Numbered from the stretch's first letter, positions 39,682-50,553 are shown. The stretch is 64,000 bases of DNA from Candidatus Freyarchaeum deiterrae (GCA_037305845.1 CP147778.1:2912001-2976000), one strand, 5' to 3'. A program made the numbers and translations. The notes: generated by a model not told the origin, from the sequence alone.

Positions 39682-41550
39682 TTATACATTAAAAATTGGT
39701 CTTTTCGACATGTGGATGGGTAGTGTTAATTGTTTAAAGGGCTTGTCGCCGATCTTGTTGCGAATTTCTTTTTCGAGTTCTTTTAGGTTCATTTCGGATT
39801 CTTCTCTGGTCTCTCGAACTCGAACTTTGAGTTTTTCGCCCTCCACCTCTTTGTCCCCTACAACTATTATGTAGGGTATCCATTCCTCTTCGGCCTGTTT
39901 TATTCTTCTCGCCACAGTTTCGCTTCGGTCATCGATGTCTGTGCGTACTTCTCTGATTTTCTCTGCAAGCTCTTCGGCGAATTTCAGGTGCCTTTCAGCG
40001 ACTGGAATTATTCGCAGCTGGACTGGAGCAACCCAGACCGGCAGCATTGGGGCTTTGCCCTCTTTCCTCATTTTTACAGCGGTGTCGAATAAAGTGAAGA
40101 GGTATCTCTCAATTGTGCCGATAACGGCTGAGTGCAGTATGAAGGGGAATTTTTCGTTTCCTTGAGCATCAGTGTACTTTATTCCGAACCTCTTACTGTT
40201 TCCGAAGTCTATCTGGACGGTGCCTATCTCTCTTGGTCGTTTGAGGTCGTCGGCTATGTGGTACTCGTTGTTTATTGACCAGTAGTAATTTATTCCTGGA
40301 GGATAGAAGCATATGAGTAGGTTCTTGTTCCTAGTTTCGGCGAGTTTGTGCAGGAAGTCCTTGTTTCTTTTATAGAAATCTTCCGAGGTCATGTTTATGA
40401 GCAGTTCATAGTTTCGCCCCAGTTCATCCAAAGCCTCGTAGATTTTTTCGTGGATTTTATAGAACCATTCCAAAGCTTCGTTCTCGTCTCTGCATAATAC
40501 ATGAAAGTCGGGCATGTGCATCTTTCTGGTTCTGAAACAAAGTAGCAGCTCACCGCTCTGCTCCATCCGGTAACTATCCGCAACCTCGAAAGCCCCAAAG
40601 GGAAGATTTCGGTAACTGATTATCCAGTCCTTCATAATGGCGAACTGCTGGTGGCAAGCCGCATACCGCATAACAAATTTCCTGTCCTCCACCTCTAGCT
40701 GGTATAAACGGTCACCGAAGAGTTCCGCGTGTTCCCTCACTGGCTTCATTTCCAAGTCGAACATGTTGGTTCCCCTAACAGAGTAGACCGGGATTCCCAG
40801 GCCTCTAATGATTCTCTCGGCGTATTCTGCTATGAGTTCGAACATTAGATTTCCCTCAGGACCGTACTTCATGTGGCCCCTATCCGAGAAACTCTCCCAG
40901 TTAATATTGTATCTTTTAACCACGCTGATAAATTCGGGTTCCTCATTAGAGCCGGGGCTCTCTCTGCCCAGAGCCTCTTTTTCGACTAGGAGCTTAAACT
41001 CGTCATCCTCACTGTTTTTTACGTACTCCTCTGCGCCGAATTCCTCACCCTCTTTAGTCAGTACCAAAAATCTCTTAGCAATTTTCTTCGGTAACTCTTT
41101 CTTAACTTCTTCCTCAGCCTCTTTCTCCACGGGGTGTATCTCCCGGGAAAGCTCTGACATAGGGTGACCCTTACAGCTTAATTTGAAAGCCTTGTAGAAT
41201 CCGAAGGGTGCGCGAATCACCGAGTACTCTTCTTTCAGCTTCTCGGCAACACTTTTGAGAATCTCCACAGCCGTTTTGGGATCAGAAAGATTGGGTGACA
41301 GGTGAGCGTAGGGATAAACCACTATGTTCTTGGCTCCCACTTGGTCCGCTACCTTTTTTATTTCTTCAGCGGTTTGGTCGATGACGTAGGTCTTGTTTAT
41401 TTCGTCACCTTTCTCAACTGCCGAAAAAATCACCAAGCATTCCTTGGAACTTCCCTGCTTGATTGATTCATCCGCTAGCTTCTCGGCAATCGGTGTCTTC
41501 TGAGTTACCCTGTACGAAAACTCGTCCGAGTGTATAAGTAGAATCCTCAT
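39682..41550 (-). CDS. thrS: Threonine--tRNA ligase, archaeal type
   Basis: MRILLIHSD editing domain, YPYAHLS, CKGHP, MRYAACH, EQSGEL and HSAVIGTIER motifs. Confidence 0.97.
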   Translation of the reverse strand: MRILLIHSDEFSYRVTQKTPIAEKLADESIKQGSSKECLVIFSAVEKGDEINKTYVIDQTAEEIKKVADQVGAKNIVVYPYAHLSPNLSDPKTAVEILKSVAEKLKEEYSVIRAPFGFYKAFKLSCKGHPMSELSREIHPVEKEAEEEVKKELPKKIAKRFLVLTKEGEEFGAEEYVKNSEDDEFKLLVEKEALGRESPGSNEEPEFISVVKRYNINWESFSDRGHMKYGPEGNLMFELIAEYAERIIRGLGIPVYSVRGTNMFDLEMKPVREHAELFGDRLYQLEVEDRKFVMRYAACHQQFAIMKDWIISYRNLPFGAFEVADSYRMEQSGELLLCFRTRKMHMPDFHVLCRDENEALEWFYKIHEKIYEALDELGRNYELLINMTSEDFYKRNKDFLHKLAETRNKNLLICFYPPGINYYWSINNEYHIADDLKRPREIGTVQIDFGNSKRFGIKYTDAQGNEKFPFILHSAVIGTIERYLFTLFDTAVKMRKEGKAPMLPVWVAPVQLRIIPVAERHLKFAEELAEKIREVRTDIDDRSETVARRIKQAEEEWIPYIIVVGDKEVEGEKLKVRVRETREESEMNLKELEKEIRNKIGDKPFKQLTLPIHMSKRPIFNV

Positions 41551-41725
41551 GCTTACAGCATCCCATCAAAAAATTATTCCTTGAAATCGATTCTCTGAAT
41601 ATCTAATAAACATATTTATAACTTGTGGTATCACCTGCAAGAACCATTTGCTAAACAATGAACAATCGGCAGCAAAAAAATTAATAACCTAGTCTTATAA
41701 CAATATTATAAGGAGGTTGGAAGGA

Positions 41726-42430
41726 ATGGGATTTAAACCCTCTGATTTTAAAATGTTAGAAGAAGCTCCCTACGAATATCCAGCACCCGCTGCCTATTTC
41801 GAACTAGTTATGAACGGGATAAAACAGGAAGAAAAAACGTTAGGTCCTGCGTTCACCTCCAGATACATAAAGTACGCCTTACAGTTTCTAGCCCAAAAAT
41901 ACGGAGAAGAACCCTCAGATATTAAAACACTGGATCAATTGAAAAATTATCTAATCGCGGCGTATGATAATTGCCCCGCTTGTTATCCTCCAGTAATCAT
42001 ATATGCCCAAGTTAGGACTGAAACTGAGCTTGAAGGCAGAGCTGGAGTTGCGGGAACCCGGTTTGAGATGATGGGTATTGCTAAAGATATTTCGGGTAGA
42101 TCAGCCAGTAAAGATAAAGAAGTTGACCTTGACGCCCTTGTGTTAAAGCTTCGCCAAGTCACACTTGGAATGAAAGTCGCTCCCCAAAAATGGGGATATA
42201 CTCTAGATGAAGACGGAAAAATAGTAATACTCCATCCCACTTGTTACCTCCTCGAAGGATGTCGAGCGGCTTTTAATGATGGCTTCTTAAAAAGGCCAAA
42301 CGGTGGGCTTAGATGTGGTATCACAGCGACTGCAATCCAGTACTTTACGCTAGTCACAGGTAATCAATGGGACTACGAACTCTTAGAATTCGATAAACCA
42401 TACTGCATAAGTAAAGCTTTCATGGTCTAA
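41726..42430 (+). CDS. Cys-rich V4R-like family protein, paralog 2
   Basis: CYLLEGC...GGLRC...DYELLEFDKPYC; SD aggaggt. Confidence 0.75.
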   Translation: MGFKPSDFKMLEEAPYEYPAPAAYFELVMNGIKQEEKTLGPAFTSRYIKYALQFLAQKYGEEPSDIKTLDQLKNYLIAAYDNCPACYPPVIIYAQVRTETELEGRAGVAGTRFEMMGIAKDISGRSASKDKEVDLDALVLKLRQVTLGMKVAPQKWGYTLDEDGKIVILHPTCYLLEGCRAAFNDGFLKRPNGGLRCGITATAIQYFTLVTGNQWDYELLEFDKPYCISKAFMV

Positions 42431-42498
42431 TCATTCATTCAGGAATAGTTTTCAGTGAAATCTCTACACAGAAAAGAAAAATAGTATCCTCACTTGCG

Positions 42499-43290
42499 CT
42501 ACTTCTTTTTCCCTAAAAATGCTTTTGCCCGTTCTATGTGTTCATCTGTTTGGAAGCATATCGCCTGCATGGTCATTTCGTAATCCAATGCTTCTCTCAA
42601 GCTCGTTGTCATGGCCTTGTTAATCGTTTTTTTGGCTGCTCCAACTGCTCTGGGTGGCAAATCAGCCAGTATCTTAGCATATTCTTTAACTGTGGACATT
42701 AAATCTCCTTCTGGAACCACCTTGTTGACCATTCCGAGTTGCTCCGCCTCCTTCGCTGGTACCAGCTTACCCATAAGAATGATCTCTTTGGCTTTCTGGA
42801 ATCCAACCAGCCTGGGCAGGAGCCAGCTTCCTCCACCGTCGGGTACCAGTCCAATGTGAATAAAAACCTCTCCGAACCTCGCATTTTCTGAGGCTATAAT
42901 GAAGTCGCAAGCTAAAGCCCAGTTGCAAGCGGCGCCCGCCGCCGCACCATTAACCGCTGCAATAATAGGTTTTTCGATATTCCAAATTCGATTGGTTACC
43001 TCCGATGTATAGTAGTACAAGGCTTGTCTTAGCTGCAGCTGGTCTGCTTGATAAAACTCTTTCATGCCTTCGATGTCTCCGCCGGCGCTAAATGCTTTGC
43101 CTGCTCCTGTTAAAATTATAACTTTGACATCATCATCCATACTCAGAGCATCTAATGCTTCTCTCATTTCCTCTTGCATCTCACGATTTAAGGCGTTCAA
43201 CTTTTCAGGGCGATTCATCGTTATGGTGGCGATACCGTTTTCCTTTTCAACAATAATATACTGGTAAGAAATAAATCTCACACTCCTCAC
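42499..43290 (-). CDS. Enoyl-CoA hydratase/isomerase family protein (PaaG-like subgroup)
   Basis: NRPEKLNAL, AFSAGGDI, AVNGAAAGAACNWALACD and GLVPDGGG motifs. Confidence 0.92.
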   Translation of the reverse strand: MRSVRFISYQYIIVEKENGIATITMNRPEKLNALNREMQEEMREALDALSMDDDVKVIILTGAGKAFSAGGDIEGMKEFYQADQLQLRQALYYYTSEVTNRIWNIEKPIIAAVNGAAAGAACNWALACDFIIASENARFGEVFIHIGLVPDGGGSWLLPRLVGFQKAKEIILMGKLVPAKEAEQLGMVNKVVPEGDLMSTVKEYAKILADLPPRAVGAAKKTINKAMTTSLREALDYEMTMQAICFQTDEHIERAKAFLGKKK

Positions 43291-43410
43291 GGACTTTAAA
43301 ATAATTTCAAATTAAAAAATTAAAGATAATCTACTTCTTTTATAACTTTCCATAAAAAGTTTGCTAGAAAAGAAAATAGAGAAATGTAATAAAAAATTAA
43401 AACTGATATC

Positions 43411-44205
43411 TTATTTTCCTATGGACACTCCTTGTGGGTCGAGCTCATGGAGTATCCTGACTTCTTCCCTAGTAGGTACAGGTGTTGTTTCAAGGTCATC
43501 TGCGATTAGCAACTCGAAGCCGCAATTCTCCTTTATCTGCTCCAGCGTGACACCGGGGTGTATGGATATCAGTCTCATTCTCTTGGTTTCTTTGTCGAAA
43601 TCGTATATTCCTAGTTGTGTTATTACTCTGTATGGGCCGGATCCTTCGGGTAATCCTGCTTTCTCTCTTGCCCCTGGTCCGGTGAGGTAACCTGGTGTTG
43701 TTATGAAGTCAACCTTCTTTACAAAGGTTCTCGGTACCTGGTTTCTCATTACGTAAATAGTTCTATTTGATAGTGAGCCGATATCATTCGCTCCACCACT
43801 TCCTGGGAAGCGCACACTTGGAGCATCATGATCTCCGATGCATGTGGTGTTCAGGTTTCCGTACATGTCTATCTGTGCTCCGCCAAGAAAACCGTAATCA
43901 ATGTAGCCCGCTTGGCAGGCTGACATGACATCGTGCATGCTTGAGGCTCCTATCGCTTTATAGAATGTTCTTGAGTCTCCCACGGAAATGGGTAAAGTTG
44001 GTATTTGGGGCCCCATGCCTCCAGCTTCGAAAATAATCAGCAGGTTAGGAGCGTGTGTTTTTTGGGCAAGCATAGTCGCAATCATTGGTAAACCGGTTCC
44101 CACGAAAACGGATTTTTTATCTTCAAGTACTTTGGATGCTGCAACTGCTAGGAGTTCACCCATTGTGTATTTGTGTTCTCCACTAATTTTGTGTAATTCA
44201 CTCAT
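43411..44205 (-). CDS. Family I CoA-transferase beta subunit (glutaconate CoA-transferase B-like)
   Basis: VFVGTGLP, IFEAG (catalytic Glu), GGAQIDMYGNLN and PGSGGAND motifs. Confidence 0.92.
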   Translation of the reverse strand: MSELHKISGEHKYTMGELLAVAASKVLEDKKSVFVGTGLPMIATMLAQKTHAPNLLIIFEAGGMGPQIPTLPISVGDSRTFYKAIGASSMHDVMSACQAGYIDYGFLGGAQIDMYGNLNTTCIGDHDAPSVRFPGSGGANDIGSLSNRTIYVMRNQVPRTFVKKVDFITTPGYLTGPGAREKAGLPEGSGPYRVITQLGIYDFDKETKRMRLISIHPGVTLEQIKENCGFELLIADDLETTPVPTREEVRILHELDPQGVSIGK

Positions 44206-44215
44206 TGACCTCACC

Positions 44216-45256
44216 TCACTTTTTACGCCAGGGCGCTACCATAGGTGCTCTTAACTGTTCGACTTTCCTAAGGTAGTTTAGTTTCTTCACTCCGCCTACC
44301 ACGCTTAGATATTCTTCGAAGTCCTCGGTGCCGAATACATACTTGTCGAGATATTGTGTTATGCCTTCGTCTGTCTTCGAGAGTTCAAGCCACTCAGCGA
44401 TTTGTTCTTCATCAAAGAAGTACAGGTAGGGCATTTCGCAGGGGTGGGAACCGAAGGGGACTTCACAAACCGCGTCGACACAGTAGAACGGAATTGAAGT
44501 GCGCCACGGCTCGTTTCTAATTCTCTCCTCTGGAATTATTTCCTCTGTCGTTATTATCAGTCTTCTTGCGGCTCTTGAGAGTTCGAAATCCTCAATTATT
44601 ATGCCGTCGATTTGGGCGTTACCATATTTGTCGCATCTGGGTACGTGGATGAAAACCACGTCCGGATTGCATGAGGGAATTAGACATATTGGTTTACCGC
44701 TGAAAGGATCTTCCACCACTATGGCGGAGCTGTAGTTAAATGTATCAGTACCCACGAGGTTTCTTGAAGGGATAAAAGGTACTCCCATCATTCCACCTAG
44801 AAAACGCCACTGATAACCAGCATTACTTATTTCACCGGTGATTTTGCATTTTCCTGTCTCAGCCATTCTTCTCGATGCTGGGGATAAGCCTCTCAGCTCG
44901 TGTGCAAACGAGTAAGCAATCTCCGCTTTGTTAACCGCACCGGAGCCCATAAGAATGTCTAAATCGTGAACAGCTGTCTTTCCTGCCATTGTTAGGTTCT
45001 TTTTCTTCTGTCTTACTATCTCATAAACTACAGACATGGCGACTCTAATGTGGCCGAAACCGCCTGAGGCGATGAAACTTCCGTCTTTGACATATTTTGA
45101 AACTGCTTCCTTCACCGTCATTGTTTTGTCTTCTAGGTCTCTGGTTTTGTTTTCTCTAATCCACTTTCGATGCTCATCTGGGTCGTGCCAACCTATTAGT
45201 TCGCCTTTCCCTTTAGCTAAAATTTTTAATTCCTTTTCAATTTTTAGTTTCGTCAA
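44216..45256 (-). CDS. Family I CoA-transferase alpha subunit
   Basis: YVKDGS..GGFG, GVPFIP, DKYGNAQI and PFGSHP motifs. Confidence 0.92.
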   Translation of the reverse strand: MTKLKIEKELKILAKGKGELIGWHDPDEHRKWIRENKTRDLEDKTMTVKEAVSKYVKDGSFIASGGFGHIRVAMSVVYEIVRQKKKNLTMAGKTAVHDLDILMGSGAVNKAEIAYSFAHELRGLSPASRRMAETGKCKITGEISNAGYQWRFLGGMMGVPFIPSRNLVGTDTFNYSSAIVVEDPFSGKPICLIPSCNPDVVFIHVPRCDKYGNAQIDGIIIEDFELSRAARRLIITTEEIIPEERIRNEPWRTSIPFYCVDAVCEVPFGSHPCEMPYLYFFDEEQIAEWLELSKTDEGITQYLDKYVFGTEDFEEYLSVVGGVKKLNYLRKVEQLRAPMVAPWRKK

Positions 45257-45492
45257 AACTAGTCACCCTTTAATGAACTGAACAACAGCGAATGGATTAA
45301 TTTATATCTTTTTTTCAAAGATTGTTTCTAATTAAAAGTAATAAATATTAAAATTTTCCAATAATATTTGTTATTATTAAAAAAATTAAAGAAAAAATAT
45401 ACAGAGCAACTAAGGAACTTTTCTACAAAGGACTTGCTTCTTAATTGGGACTATTTATTATGCGACTAATCCAAATTCTCTTAAAATTATTA

Positions 45493-46659
45493 TCATTTCC
45501 TACTAGGTTCTGATAAGCTTCTGTAAACTTCAACCATTTCTTTTGCAATGCTTTCCCATCTGAATTTGTCGAGTTTTTTTCGTCCCATTATACCCATGTC
45601 CTTCATAAATACGGGGTCGTTTAAACAGTAATTAACTCCCCATGCAATTGAATCGGAAGATACGTTTACTTTAACCCCATCCACAAAGTTGTTTATGTTT
45701 TCAGCGAGCCCGCCAACTTCTGTTGCAACAACACCTTTTTTAGCACTCCACGCTTCCAGCAAAACTAAGCCGAACGGTTCATTTCTGCTCGGGATAACCA
45801 CTAAATCAACGGATTTTAATACTCTTACAAACTCCATGTCGGGCAAATAGCCCAGAAATCTTACAGAATCACCAAAATCTCTTGCCTTACCATCAAGATG
45901 CATGCGCATATCTCCGTCTCCCGCGAAGAGGAATTTTGCATTCGATTGGTGTTCTAGGACTTTTGGTACGGCGTCAATCAACAAATCCGGTCCTTTCTGG
46001 TAAACAAGTCTACCCATGTAGAATACAATCGGTTCGGGAGGATTTACTCCATACTCTTTTTTTACTTCATCAGCATCAATATCTACGTCGAATTTTTCGG
46101 GATCTATGCCGTTAGGAATAACCTGTATTTTCCATTCTGGAATGTTATAAAGCCACATTGCTTCATCCCTTAAGGACTGAGAGATGGTAGTAATCCTTTT
46201 GCAAATGAAGGCGGCGTACCATTCCTTGCCGGAAATTTCTTTGAACTCCCACCAGCCTCCAAATTCATTACCGTTTCTTCCGTATTCCGTAGAGTGAAGA
46301 GTCAAGACAGTTGGTCGGTTCTGAAGAAGGTGTAAGGCTTCGGTTGGATGCCAGTCATGGAAGTGGAGGACATCGAATTTTCCATTGCTCTCTTCCTTCA
46401 AATAATCATCAACCATCTGTAAACTCATGTCTTTGGAGTATTCAATTATATTAGGTCCAGAGGGATGGCATCGATGATAAAAAACACCCTTTTTTTCAGC
46501 AATCTTCTTCTGAGTCGGTAAACCCGGAGTGAAGAAGTGAACCTCATGCCCTTCCTTTACCAACCTTTCAGCAAGATTAGTAGATGCCATTGCAAGCCCT
46601 CCGACCCTTACCGAATAAAGGGATTCCCAACAAAAGAAAGCTATTCTAAGAGTTTCCAT
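45493..46659 (-). CDS. Glycosyltransferase family 4
   Basis: VGGLA, HFHDWH, IPNGID, GRLVYQKG and EPFGLVLLEA motifs. Confidence 0.93.
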   Translation of the reverse strand: METLRIAFFCWESLYSVRVGGLAMASTNLAERLVKEGHEVHFFTPGLPTQKKIAEKKGVFYHRCHPSGPNIIEYSKDMSLQMVDDYLKEESNGKFDVLHFHDWHPTEALHLLQNRPTVLTLHSTEYGRNGNEFGGWWEFKEISGKEWYAAFICKRITTISQSLRDEAMWLYNIPEWKIQVIPNGIDPEKFDVDIDADEVKKEYGVNPPEPIVFYMGRLVYQKGPDLLIDAVPKVLEHQSNAKFLFAGDGDMRMHLDGKARDFGDSVRFLGYLPDMEFVRVLKSVDLVVIPSRNEPFGLVLLEAWSAKKGVVATEVGGLAENINNFVDGVKVNVSSDSIAWGVNYCLNDPVFMKDMGIMGRKKLDKFRWESIAKEMVEVYRSLSEPSRK

Positions 46660-47016
46660 AACTCTACACACCTTCTTCATACATCAGAACATAACTCTTA
46701 TCTGAATCTTCAAGCTTCACTGAATTGTTTTCTTAATTTCTTCTCTCTATGCGATTTCAATTCATTTTTCGTTTTTATCAACGTTAAGCTAAGTTCCACC
46801 CTCAATGTGTTTTCAGAACAACTTTGACCTATCTCGCACTCTAGTTTACCTAGAACATAAATGTATATAACCATTTCCAAAAATGCAATTTTTAATCTCA
46901 GAATCCGACTGCAGGCCGACTTTTTTCACAATAAGTGGGTCAAACCATCGGTATCCAAGAGGATATAAATTTTATAGAATCTCAAATAATAAAATAAAAA
47001 AGAATTGGCAGAATTT

Positions 47017-48861
47017 TTAGCTGTACATCGAGTCTGCTGCGTCTTGCAGTCCGAGTTCATCCAGCTTCTCTTTTGTGGGTTTGCCGGTTTCCCAATCCCA
47101 TTTTCTTTTTTCGTAGTATTCTTTTAGCATGGCTTCCATGTCTGGAGTTTTTCCGGCTGTGCTTCCCTCAGTCAGGGGTTGTATCGCAATTTTGGGCATT
47201 CGGTCGTCTTTTCTTGTTACCCCCCTCTTATTGTTTATAGTTCTTTTTAGGTTTGTAATTCTCTCACCGATTTTTAGAATGTCTCCTGGTGTGCAGTTCC
47301 ATCCCGTGATGGCGTTTAGCATATTTACGACTTGAGTTATGGTGGACTGTGTGAGATTACACATGAGCAGCGAATCATAGACGTGTCTCACGTCTTGAAA
47401 TTTTATAAAATCACCCGCTCTTCCTTTCATATTTAATCTATATCTCGGTCCAAATATTCCAAGCTCGGGTATTCCTAGGGAGATTTCTAATGAGAACCAG
47501 TCCGGTCTATTATGGTCGGCTCCTCTGGATGATGTCACATAGGCGAGTGCTTGGCCAAAGAATGCTCGAGGATCGTGCATGGGAATTTCCAGTCCCCTGA
47601 TATGTGCCGCCTCATCCGCGCTGACATTGTACTTCTTAGCTATTCCCTGGACGCCTTCAGCTAGTAAGTTTCCGAATCCCTTTCTATTGGCAATCATCTC
47701 TATCAGCTTATTTTCAGCATCAGCGTCTCCCCACTTTAACTTCATCCCCACATCTTTTTCTTTAATAGTTTTCTTCTCGAAAAGATAAAAGGCGAACGCT
47801 ATACTAACTCCCGTGGAGATGGTGTCGAGTCCATAAGCGTTGCAAAGATGGTTCCCATATAGAAGCTTATCCAAATCAAAGTTATCGCAGAGGGGACCCA
47901 GAGCTACCATAGTTTCATACTCGGGTGTGTCAACATCACTCAAACCCATTTTGTTGAACTCTATTGTCTTTCCGCACCCAATGGGACATCCATAACAGGC
48001 GTAAGCCCTCACCGGATACTGCTCTTGGATTTTTGTCATAACAATTTTTTCAATCGGGAACACCGCTCCCTGAAAGTACTTGTAAGGAACATCACCAAGC
48101 AATGATCCCAAGTCTAAATACCCCATGGTTCCGTACTCTTTCAGTAGGTGGTAAAAGGGAGCAGCTGATTGGGTTGCTATCGACTCATCATAAATCTTAT
48201 CCAGTTTTTCACCGTCAGCTATTGTGGGTTTTGTTTTACCGTAAACCGCAAGGGCCTTTAAATTTTTAGAACCCATAACGGCTCCAAAACCGGTTCTACC
48301 CGCAGCCCTTCCGGCATCATTTATCACACAGGCATATTTGACAAGGTTTTCGCCGGCAAGTCCTATGCAGGAAACTCTCGCCGCTGTTTCACCAAGATCT
48401 TTCTTGATTATATCCTGGGTTTCATAGCAGTCCTTTCCCCATAAGTGGCTCGCATCTTTTAATTCTGCTTCACCATCGTGTATCCACAGGTAGACTGGTT
48501 TGTCCGCCTTACCGGTTATAATAACCCCATCGAAACCAGTTCTTTTTAATAAGGCACCAAAGCCTCCCCCCGAAGTTGAATCTCCCCAATATCCAAGTGC
48601 TGAAAGCCCCGCTATCCCGAACCTACTTCCGGAAGGAACCCTAGTCGCGGTGAAGGGGCCGGTCATATAAGCAATGTAGTTTTCTGGAGAGAAGGGATCC
48701 AAATCCGGTGTGATATATTCAAAGAGTAATCTGGCAGCCAGCCCCGTTCCTCCTATGTACTCCTTCATCCACTCTTCTTTTAGTTCCATTAGTTCAAATT
48801 TCTTGTCAGTTAGGTTCACTTTCAATATTTTACCATTGTAACCATTCACCATTTCCATCAC
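47017..48861 (-). CDS. aor: Aldehyde:ferredoxin oxidoreductase (W/Mo-pterin)
   Basis: AAGRTGFGAVMGSKNLKA, CYGCPIGC, PEYET, GLDTIS and HDPR motifs. Confidence 0.95.
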   Translation of the reverse strand: MMEMVNGYNGKILKVNLTDKKFELMELKEEWMKEYIGGTGLAARLLFEYITPDLDPFSPENYIAYMTGPFTATRVPSGSRFGIAGLSALGYWGDSTSGGGFGALLKRTGFDGVIITGKADKPVYLWIHDGEAELKDASHLWGKDCYETQDIIKKDLGETAARVSCIGLAGENLVKYACVINDAGRAAGRTGFGAVMGSKNLKALAVYGKTKPTIADGEKLDKIYDESIATQSAAPFYHLLKEYGTMGYLDLGSLLGDVPYKYFQGAVFPIEKIVMTKIQEQYPVRAYACYGCPIGCGKTIEFNKMGLSDVDTPEYETMVALGPLCDNFDLDKLLYGNHLCNAYGLDTISTGVSIAFAFYLFEKKTIKEKDVGMKLKWGDADAENKLIEMIANRKGFGNLLAEGVQGIAKKYNVSADEAAHIRGLEIPMHDPRAFFGQALAYVTSSRGADHNRPDWFSLEISLGIPELGIFGPRYRLNMKGRAGDFIKFQDVRHVYDSLLMCNLTQSTITQVVNMLNAITGWNCTPGDILKIGERITNLKRTINNKRGVTRKDDRMPKIAIQPLTEGSTAGKTPDMEAMLKEYYEKRKWDWETGKPTKEKLDELGLQDAADSMYS

Positions 48862-50114
48862 CAGTCAACCATTTTTCCCTCGTAAGCATACTCGAAAATT
48901 CGTCTGAGTTCCGCCTCACTGGTAGGTCTCATGCTTTGAACAACTGTGGGGTCCTCTATGGCGTATTTGGCTAGATGGTCTAGCTGTTTTTCGAAATCGC
49001 TCTTACTTATATTTAAGTCCTTTAAGGCAGTAGAGACCCCCAGATTTTTCATGAAATCTATAAATTTATTCACAAGCTTGCTTAGGTATTCTTCTTTGGT
49101 TTTTGCTTCTATTCCCAAATTCTTAGCGAGTTCCACATAGTCTTCGGTCATCTTCGCCTCATACTTTAAAACGTATGGGATAAAGATTCCCACGGTTAAT
49201 CCGTGATGGACTCTGAAGATTTTGCCCAGTGAATGGCCCAACGAGTGTGTTAAGGCAGCACTCGCGTTTCCAAAAGCCAGCCCCGCCATGAATGCTGCCA
49301 GCTGCATATTAAACCGACCCTCCATACTTTTAGGATTTCTATAAACTATGGGTAAATAATTCATGATGGTCTTAATTGCCCCAATCGCCAGAGAATCGGT
49401 TAATGGATTTGTCCACTGTCTATTAATAAATGCCTCAAAGGCGTGAGACAACGCATCAAGTCCGGTTCCTACAGTGAGTGACGGGGGCATTCCCGCCGTC
49501 ATTTCTGGAATTAACGCGGCATAATCCGGCATGACCTCCGGGTGAGTTAAGGCTATCTTTCTAGGTGGCTCTGCTTTGAGATCTGATAACATCATTGAAA
49601 AAGTGGCTTCAGATCCGGTTCCCGCAGTTGTCGGTATAGCCATCATGAGAGCCTTACTTCTGAGACCAATCGGCAACAAAGGAATAAGGGACGCGAGATT
49701 CGTTCCCGGTTTCTCATACTTTATCCAAGCCGCCTTACAGGCATCCATCGCTGAACCACCACCCACCGCCACCAGTAAATCCGGTCCGAATTCTTCCATA
49801 TCTTTAGCAATTTCGTCTACAACGGGTATAGGTGGCTCCGGCACTGCTTTGCAGCACATATTGGTAATGAAACCTGCTTGCTCAAAAAGCGGAACTAAAT
49901 TCTCCGCCAGCTTCCTTATTGGTTCGTCGGTTACAAAGAAAGCACGTTTCTTTTCTCTCATCATTGCGATTGTTCCCAGACCCCTTATCAAAGACATTTT
50001 ACCCATGAAAACCTTTGGGCAAGAAAAAGTTCCAAGTAAACGCCGCATAGGCCTAGCTCCGAAAACAGTAAGCAAAAGTCTCAGTGGATATTGGTACAAC
50101 ACATAATCCGACAA
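48858..50114 (-). CDS. Iron-containing alcohol dehydrogenase
   Basis: GGGSAMDACK, PTTAGTGSE, DALSHAFE and HSLGH..HG motifs; TTG start after SD aggagg; 4-bp overlap with aor. Confidence 0.93.
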   Translation of the reverse strand: MSDYVLYQYPLRLLLTVFGARPMRRLLGTFSCPKVFMGKMSLIRGLGTIAMMREKKRAFFVTDEPIRKLAENLVPLFEQAGFITNMCCKAVPEPPIPVVDEIAKDMEEFGPDLLVAVGGGSAMDACKAAWIKYEKPGTNLASLIPLLPIGLRSKALMMAIPTTAGTGSEATFSMMLSDLKAEPPRKIALTHPEVMPDYAALIPEMTAGMPPSLTVGTGLDALSHAFEAFINRQWTNPLTDSLAIGAIKTIMNYLPIVYRNPKSMEGRFNMQLAAFMAGLAFGNASAALTHSLGHSLGKIFRVHHGLTVGIFIPYVLKYEAKMTEDYVELAKNLGIEAKTKEEYLSKLVNKFIDFMKNLGVSTALKDLNISKSDFEKQLDHLAKYAIEDPTVVQSMRPTSEAELRRIFEYAYEGKMVDW

Positions 50115-50268
50115 AAGCTGTCCTCCTAACATTTCAACAAAAACAGATGTATACTTTTTACACTTAACCAAAATTATAAGCATTTTGGCAATAACAGAAA
50201 TTCTGAAATGTATTAAAATAGGTTTTACACCAATAAAATGAATTCTCAAACCAAATAGATGATTCTGC

Positions 50269-50553
50269 TTATCCTCCAGCAGCTATTACTCCTATAGCCA
50301 ACTCAGTGTCCTCAGGAACTTCTAAGACTGTGTTCGAATCCCTAATCATCTCCCCATTAATTATCACCAGAGCATGTCTTTTTATGGTTCGGTTTATCGG
50401 GTCGTAAAGAAATCTGCTGAATTTTTCTCCGTATCTCTCCGCTAAAATACCGAACAAATCCTCTACGCTTGTTTTGTCTGGGATTTCAATTTCCTCCGTG
50501 GTTTTCCCCAGCGCGGAGCCTATTATATTGAGGTAACGGATTTTTAACTTCAT
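50269..50553 (-). CDS. MoaD/ThiS ubiquitin-like sulfur carrier
   Basis: Beta-grasp size, IING, C-terminal AAGG; upstream of adh-aor. Confidence 0.9.
   Translation of the reverse strand: MKLKIRYLNIIGSALGKTTEEIEIPDKTSVEDLFGILAERYGEKFSRFLYDPINRTIKRHALVIINGEMIRDSNTVLEVPEDTELAIGVIAAGG

Noticed and set aside
50269-50553. Eukaryote-like ubiquitin
   Set aside because: Sequence and position beside aor fit a MoaD/SAMP-type sulfur carrier; no E1/E2/E3 genes nearby
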